A stretch of DNA of 63,602 nt, filler included. It is 5 parts of 5 records of this genome, joined end to end, with 100 filler letters (N's around TTAATTAATTAA, not from the genome) between each part and the next. Parts side by side here need not be neighbours in the genome. Positions count along the whole stretch, not along the records: positions 56,010 to 63,602 come from SRR31156797_21502; 4 more parts are not named here. One strand, 5' to 3'. The first letter of the stretch is position 1. The number at the start of each line of letters is the position of its first letter. The position numbers and the translations under genes are program-made. Shown here one piece after another: positions 59,206 through 63,602 of this stretch. The notes below the pieces were generated by a model. It was not told the origin of the DNA and searched no databases. It was given only the letters and a program-made list of their open reading frames with translations.

Positions 59206-61437
59206 ATAGTGGGTTTGAGAATATATTTGTCCAACAGCAATTCCACCATCATTTAATGGAATCTTTTGGGAGAAGTAGTATTCTCTTTTCTCTTCTTCAA
59301 GTTTTTTTATAACAGCTTCTAATAAGGTTTTATTTTGAAAAACTCCACCTGTTAACACAACTGGCAAACTCAAGTACTCTTTTGAAATATCTATTATAAT
59401 ATTTAAAAGCATATTTATAAACTTTGAACATATAACTTCTTTATCTTTTTCTTTTATAATCTCTTTTATAAACTTATCTAAGAGTATTTCATCTTTTTCA
59501 ATCTCATATGTGTATGCTTCTTTTATAGAAGAGTTATAATTCATCTCAATAAATAAACCACTTTGCCCCTCATAACTTTGAGAATGAAGTAATCCACTTA
59601 AAGATGCAACTGCATCAAACAATCTTCCTATTGAGCTAGTCAAAGGTGCGTTTAATCCTTTTTGCCAAATAGTATGCATCATTTTTATTTCATTTTTTGA
59701 AAACTCGTTTACCGTTGCATTATCTAACTCATAAATCTCATCTAAAGTAAATGAATCAAACAGTAAAGATAAAGCTATTCTTTTAGGCTCTTTTATAGAC
59801 TTTTCTGCACCAATTAATCTAAAATATTTTATATGTTTGATTCTTTTATATTTTAGTTTAGAAGCAACAAAAACCTCTCCTCCCCAAATATTTCTATCAT
59901 CTCCATATCCTGTTCCATCAAAAGAAAAAGCAAGAACATCGTTTTTTAATTTATACTCTGCCATTGTTGCAAGTACATGGGCATAATGATGTTGAATTTG
60001 AACTACCTCTTTACCCACTTGCTCTTTTGCCCATTTTACACTTTCATAATTTGGGTGTTTATCACAAATTATCACTTCTGGTTCAAAGTTATAAAATCTT
60101 TTAAAAGTCTCAATAGTTCTTTCAAAATACTCCAAAGATACCAGTGAGTTTAAATCTCCAATATGTGGAGATAAAATAAGATTATCTTCAAAAGCAATAG
60201 CTATTGTAGATTTTTGGTTTGCACCTAGTGCTAATAATGGTTTGTCAACACTTCTATTTAGTTTTATATGAGAAGGTGCATAACCTCTTGCATTTCTTAA
60301 TACTGATAATTTATCATCAATAACTTGAACCACAGAATCATCACAAGCATTTACAATATCTCTATTGAAATCCAAAACAAAATCAACAACATTCCCTAGT
60401 TTAATTAGAAGTTCGTCTTTTGTTCTTATTATTGGTTCATCCGATAAGTTTGCACTTGTAGCTACTATTGGGTTTTCTAAGTATTTAAATAAGATTATAT
60501 GCATTGGAGTATAAGCTATAAAACACCCTAATCTATCAATTTCTGGCGCAACAAAAAAACTTAATGCTGAATTTTTTTGTTTGATTAAAGTTATTGGTTT
60601 CTCTTTTGATAAAATAACCTCTTTTTCTTTTTGTGTAAATGTAGCATACTCTTCAACCTGATTTATGTCTTTAAACATCACAGCAAAAGGCTTAAAGGGT
60701 CTATTTTTTCTTGACCTTAGTTCTATTAAAGCATCACTATTAGTAGCATCACAAACTAAATGAAAGCCACCCATTCCTTTTAAAGCTACAATCTCACCCT
60801 CTTTAATCTTTTGGGCTAACATTTTTATTGCTTCAAGATTTGTACTTAATTTATCATTTGATTTAGTATCATAAAGAATGATTTCAGGACCACATTTTTC
60901 ACAAGCTATTGGTTGAGCATGATATCTTCTATTTGTTGGTTCATAATACTCTTCTTTGCAATCTTCACACATAGGAAAGTCTTTCATAGAAGTATTTACT
61001 CTATCATAAGGAACAGTTTTAATAATAGAATATCTTGGACCACAATTTGTGCAGTTTGTCAAAGCATAGTTGTATCTAAAGTTTGTTTCATCATTGATAT
61101 CATTTATACAATCATCGCATATTGCAATATCTGGAGAGATTATTGTTGATTTATTTGAGTTTGATTGACTTTCAACTATTTTAAAATCATCAAACCCTTC
61201 TTTATTTTGGTCATATAATTTTATTGAATCAATTTTAGCTAAAGGTGGTGGGTCTTTTTTAAGTTTTTCTATAAAGTTTTCTATTTGAGTTGGCATCCCT
61301 TCCAAAAAGATATTTACACCTTTTTCGTCGTTGTTTACCCAACCCTTTAAAGAGTTTTCAAGTGCTAGTTTATACACAAAAGGTCTAAAGCCTACACCTT
61401 GAACAATACCTTTTACTTCTAGTTTAACTGCATCCAT
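59200..61437 (-). CDS. hypF: Carbamoyltransferase HypF
   Basis: GIVQGVGFRPFVY, two Zn fingers, KGMGGFHL, QHHYAH, DGTGYG, NDGGIAVGQ. Confidence 0.97.
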   Translation of the reverse strand: MDAVKLEVKGIVQGVGFRPFVYKLALENSLKGWVNNDEKGVNIFLEGMPTQIENFIEKLKKDPPPLAKIDSIKLYDQNKEGFDDFKIVESQSNSNKSTIISPDIAICDDCINDINDETNFRYNYALTNCTNCGPRYSIIKTVPYDRVNTSMKDFPMCEDCKEEYYEPTNRRYHAQPIACEKCGPEIILYDTKSNDKLSTNLEAIKMLAQKIKEGEIVALKGMGGFHLVCDATNSDALIELRSRKNRPFKPFAVMFKDINQVEEYATFTQKEKEVILSKEKPITLIKQKNSALSFFVAPEIDRLGCFIAYTPMHIILFKYLENPIVATSANLSDEPIIRTKDELLIKLGNVVDFVLDFNRDIVNACDDSVVQVIDDKLSVLRNARGYAPSHIKLNRSVDKPLLALGANQKSTIAIAFEDNLILSPHIGDLNSLVSLEYFERTIETFKRFYNFEPEVIICDKHPNYESVKWAKEQVGKEVVQIQHHYAHVLATMAEYKLKNDVLAFSFDGTGYGDDRNIWGGEVFVASKLKYKRIKHIKYFRLIGAEKSIKEPKRIALSLLFDSFTLDEIYELDNATVNEFSKNEIKMMHTIWQKGLNAPLTSSIGRLFDAVASLSGLLHSQSYEGQSGLFIEMNYNSSIKEAYTYEIEKDEILLDKFIKEIIKEKDKEVICSKFINMLLNIIIDISKEYLSLPVVLTGGVFQNKTLLEAVIKKLEEEKREYYFSQKIPLNDGGIAVGQIYSQTHYL

Positions 61438-61455
61438 AAATCTTCCAATATTTTT

Positions 61456-63078
61456 TTATAATTGTATTGGAAAATCCTTATTATAATATAATTTAAGTTG
61501 TTTACTGAAAATTTTGTCTGATAAATTATTTATAAACTCTTCTGCCACTAAATCACCTGCAAAAGAGATTCCATCTAGTTTAAACTCTTCTTGAATAGTA
61601 TCAAGTAAATCACTTAAAAAGTATAAATAGTTTTCAACATATCCAAATGCCAATGTTTTTTCATCAACTCCTGCAAGTTTGAAGCTCATTCCACTTTTTA
61701 TTAAACTTACGAAATCAAACTCTTTATTAAAAAGCTTTTCACTTTGTTTTACTTTATAATCTATTCTTGGACCCTTTTGAAGAAGAGATTTAGAAGCTAA
61801 ATCATAAATATCAGAAACACTCAATATATTTGCTGCAACTTTCCATAAACTATTCATAGAATTTGTTGAAAACTCTATATCTTTGTCATTTAGTTTTTCA
61901 AATATTTCAGGAAATTTAGTTTTATAATTATCAAGAAGTTTATCTCCATTTTCACTTTTTGAGATTTTTTCAAATAACTCATTATAAGTTTTTGGAATCT
62001 TGTATTTAACAATATCAATAACACCATCAATTTTTGGAGAGTATAAAGACACTGCATCATCATATTTTGATGAAAAGAAAATATTTACAATAGATTTTTC
62101 ATATAAATTGTTTTCATCAATTAATACTAAAAATTGTGATTTTGAAGCCTCATCAAACTTTTTATAAAGTTGGTCAAATCTTTTATTGTATGTGCTATTT
62201 TCTAATAAAAATATTTTATTTTTTGTAATAGAAACTTTTGGAGGAATAATACTATTTTCATATTCAACTTCATAATCAAAATCACTCTCATCAGAAAAAG
62301 TCAAAAAGTTAATATTTAAATCTTTTAACTCTTTTGCAAGTAGGTATAAAACTAAATCCCATGGGTAAGATACATTTATCTTCTCAAAATCTACATTTGT
62401 ATTTACTTTATACATTGCATTTATATTAAAATCAACTGATGGCTTTTCTATACTTTGAAGAAGCATTGTTTTTTGTTTTGAGCCAACGACCAGATTATTT
62501 AACTTATCTAAATCCAAACAAATTAATTTTTGGTTCTCTTTTTCAAGTTTTGTAAACTTTTTAATAGTAAATTGCATTTTAGAGTTTTTGATTTTTATTG
62601 TTTTTTCTTGAGCAAGTAAACTTGCAAGAAATTCAAAACTCTGTTTAAAAGAATCAAAATTATACTCTTTATTTTTATCTTTTATACTCAATGATTTTGT
62701 ATTGGAAGTTGTACCACAAACTAGACAATTTATGAAGGGATTATAATAATTTGTCGTTTTTATATTTTCAATTTCTGCTAAACAATTTGAACAATAAGAC
62801 GCTTGTACACTATCTGGGGTAATGTGATAGTTTACTTGAGGCATTTGCGGTACAACTTCCAATACAAAATCTTTTAAAAATATTGATAATGGTAACTCTT
62901 GCGAGATTTCATCTGAAATTTTTAGAAGATTCTCTTCACTATCCTCAATATATAAATAGATGAAATTTTCATCTCTATCTATTTTATATATAGTCTGTTT
63001 TTTTGAAATTATGTTATTTAATATAAATACATAAGTATCACCATTTGATAAAAATTCAAACTTATATTTTAGGACCAT
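61456..63078 (-). CDS. hydE: Hydrogenase accessory protein HydE (Campylobacterota type; degenerate HypF-like)
   Basis: Position between hydD and hypF; GPRIDY and SGMSFKLAGV motifs; one CxxC..CxxC finger. Confidence 0.7.
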   Translation of the reverse strand: MVLKYKFEFLSNGDTYVFILNNIISKKQTIYKIDRDENFIYLYIEDSEENLLKISDEISQELPLSIFLKDFVLEVVPQMPQVNYHITPDSVQASYCSNCLAEIENIKTTNYYNPFINCLVCGTTSNTKSLSIKDKNKEYNFDSFKQSFEFLASLLAQEKTIKIKNSKMQFTIKKFTKLEKENQKLICLDLDKLNNLVVGSKQKTMLLQSIEKPSVDFNINAMYKVNTNVDFEKINVSYPWDLVLYLLAKELKDLNINFLTFSDESDFDYEVEYENSIIPPKVSITKNKIFLLENSTYNKRFDQLYKKFDEASKSQFLVLIDENNLYEKSIVNIFFSSKYDDAVSLYSPKIDGVIDIVKYKIPKTYNELFEKISKSENGDKLLDNYKTKFPEIFEKLNDKDIEFSTNSMNSLWKVAANILSVSDIYDLASKSLLQKGPRIDYKVKQSEKLFNKEFDFVSLIKSGMSFKLAGVDEKTLAFGYVENYLYFLSDLLDTIQEEFKLDGISFAGDLVAEEFINNLSDKIFSKQLKLYYNKDFPIQL

Positions 63079-63602
63079 TTACTATTTCTCTTTTAAATGA
63101 AATTTTTGCGATATCTTCTATTGAGATATCTTTATTTTTTATCTCACAATCTATATTCATCTGTTTTAATGAATCAATAATTGTTTTTTCCATTGTTGCA
63201 GTTGCTGCTACAATCTCTTGGCTTAAATCAAAAGTTGTATCATCTGCAACTCTTTTTGGAATAATTCCTAAAACATGAGTTTCAGGTAAGTCACCATTCA
63301 TCTTTATCATATTTAAAGTTTGTAACATTTCGATTTCATGAGCACTACCTTGCCAATCAACTTCTGAAGGTGCTGCTAAATAATCAAAAAAGTAAACATC
63401 TCCTGGTTTACTGTTTAGTGCATCAATACAATCTACAACATAAACTTTATCGTATTTAACAATTGTAGGAATAAGTCTTTGAGCTAAAGTTCCTCCATCA
63501 ACAATCTCTACATTGTGTTCTTCTGAAGCAAACTTATACTTTTCATCTATATAATGCACAAAATGTGCACCCATTCCTTCATCTTGGAATAGGATATTTC
63601 CT
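63062..63602 (-). CDS. hydD: Hydrogenase maturation endopeptidase HydD/HyaD (5'-truncated)
   Basis: Frame open to window end: GNILFQDEGMG, VDGGTL, VVDCID, SAHEIE. Confidence 0.93.
   Translation of the reverse strand, partial: GNILFQDEGMGAHFVHYIDEKYKFASEEHNVEIVDGGTLAQRLIPTIVKYDKVYVVDCIDALNSKPGDVYFFDYLAAPSEVDWQGSAHEIEMLQTLNMIKMNGDLPETHVLGIIPKRVADDTTFDLSQEIVAATATMEKTIIDSLKQMNIDCEIKNKDISIEDIAKISFKREIVNGPKI

Noticed and set aside
3854-63278. Short antisense or overlapping ORFs in the track (e.g. 3854-4189, 8414-8695, 15087-15488, 23475-23891, 44587-45018, 53847-54179, 63045-63278)
   Set aside because: Shadows of well-supported genes on the opposite strand, with no motifs of their own

Overview
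This window is not one locus. It is five unrelated contigs joined by 100-nt artificial linkers (N44-TTAATTAATTAA-N44) at 6616-6715, 22773-22872, 45645-45744 and 55910-56009, so no gene neighbourhood should be read across them. Taxonomic labels below are inferred from gene content and promoter/RBS style. Contig 1 (1-6615; very AT-rich, Shine-Dalgarno-using diderm, possibly Fusobacteriota) has a MacAB-TolC-like export operon headed by a secreted retropepsin-fold protein with a broken DTG motif, divergent from two membrane-anchored LuxR regulators. Contig 2 (6716-22772; Bacteroidota) has a PAS kinase/sigma54 activator/Cache sensor circuit with visible UAS and -24/-12 promoter, cupin-ferredoxin-nrfHA, an RRM protein, a cNMP-TrxB fusion, polyphosphate glucokinase and a MORN gene with an internal TGA. 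Contig 3 (22873-45644; Bacteroidota, Marinifilaceae-like) has gcvT, an Hpt/STAS/REC-PP2C module, citrate lyase citDEF-XG-C, an ADP-dependent sugar kinase, SPFH, OsmC, a peroxiredoxin-like protein, AraC, GH47 and a TerB-ABCG-type fusion. Contig 4 (45745-55909; Bacteroidota, Prolixibacteraceae-like) has kdsA, GH78, a frameshifted DUF1080 gene, a redoxin, sialate O-acetylesterase and a LytS/LytTR pair split by a GH3. Contig 5 (56010-63602; Campylobacterota, Arcobacter-like) has hydD-hydE-hypF...hypB interrupted by a four-gene insert that includes a probably catalytically dead IS1595-derived protein. The most striking unannotated signal is in contig 3: two promoter-to-terminator small RNAs rich in UUAG repeats, plus a third RNA carrying the complementary CUAAC repeats, which also occur in nearby mRNA leaders such as citC. 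Together they form a candidate sRNA/sponge network. No rRNA, tRNA or CRISPR array was seen.
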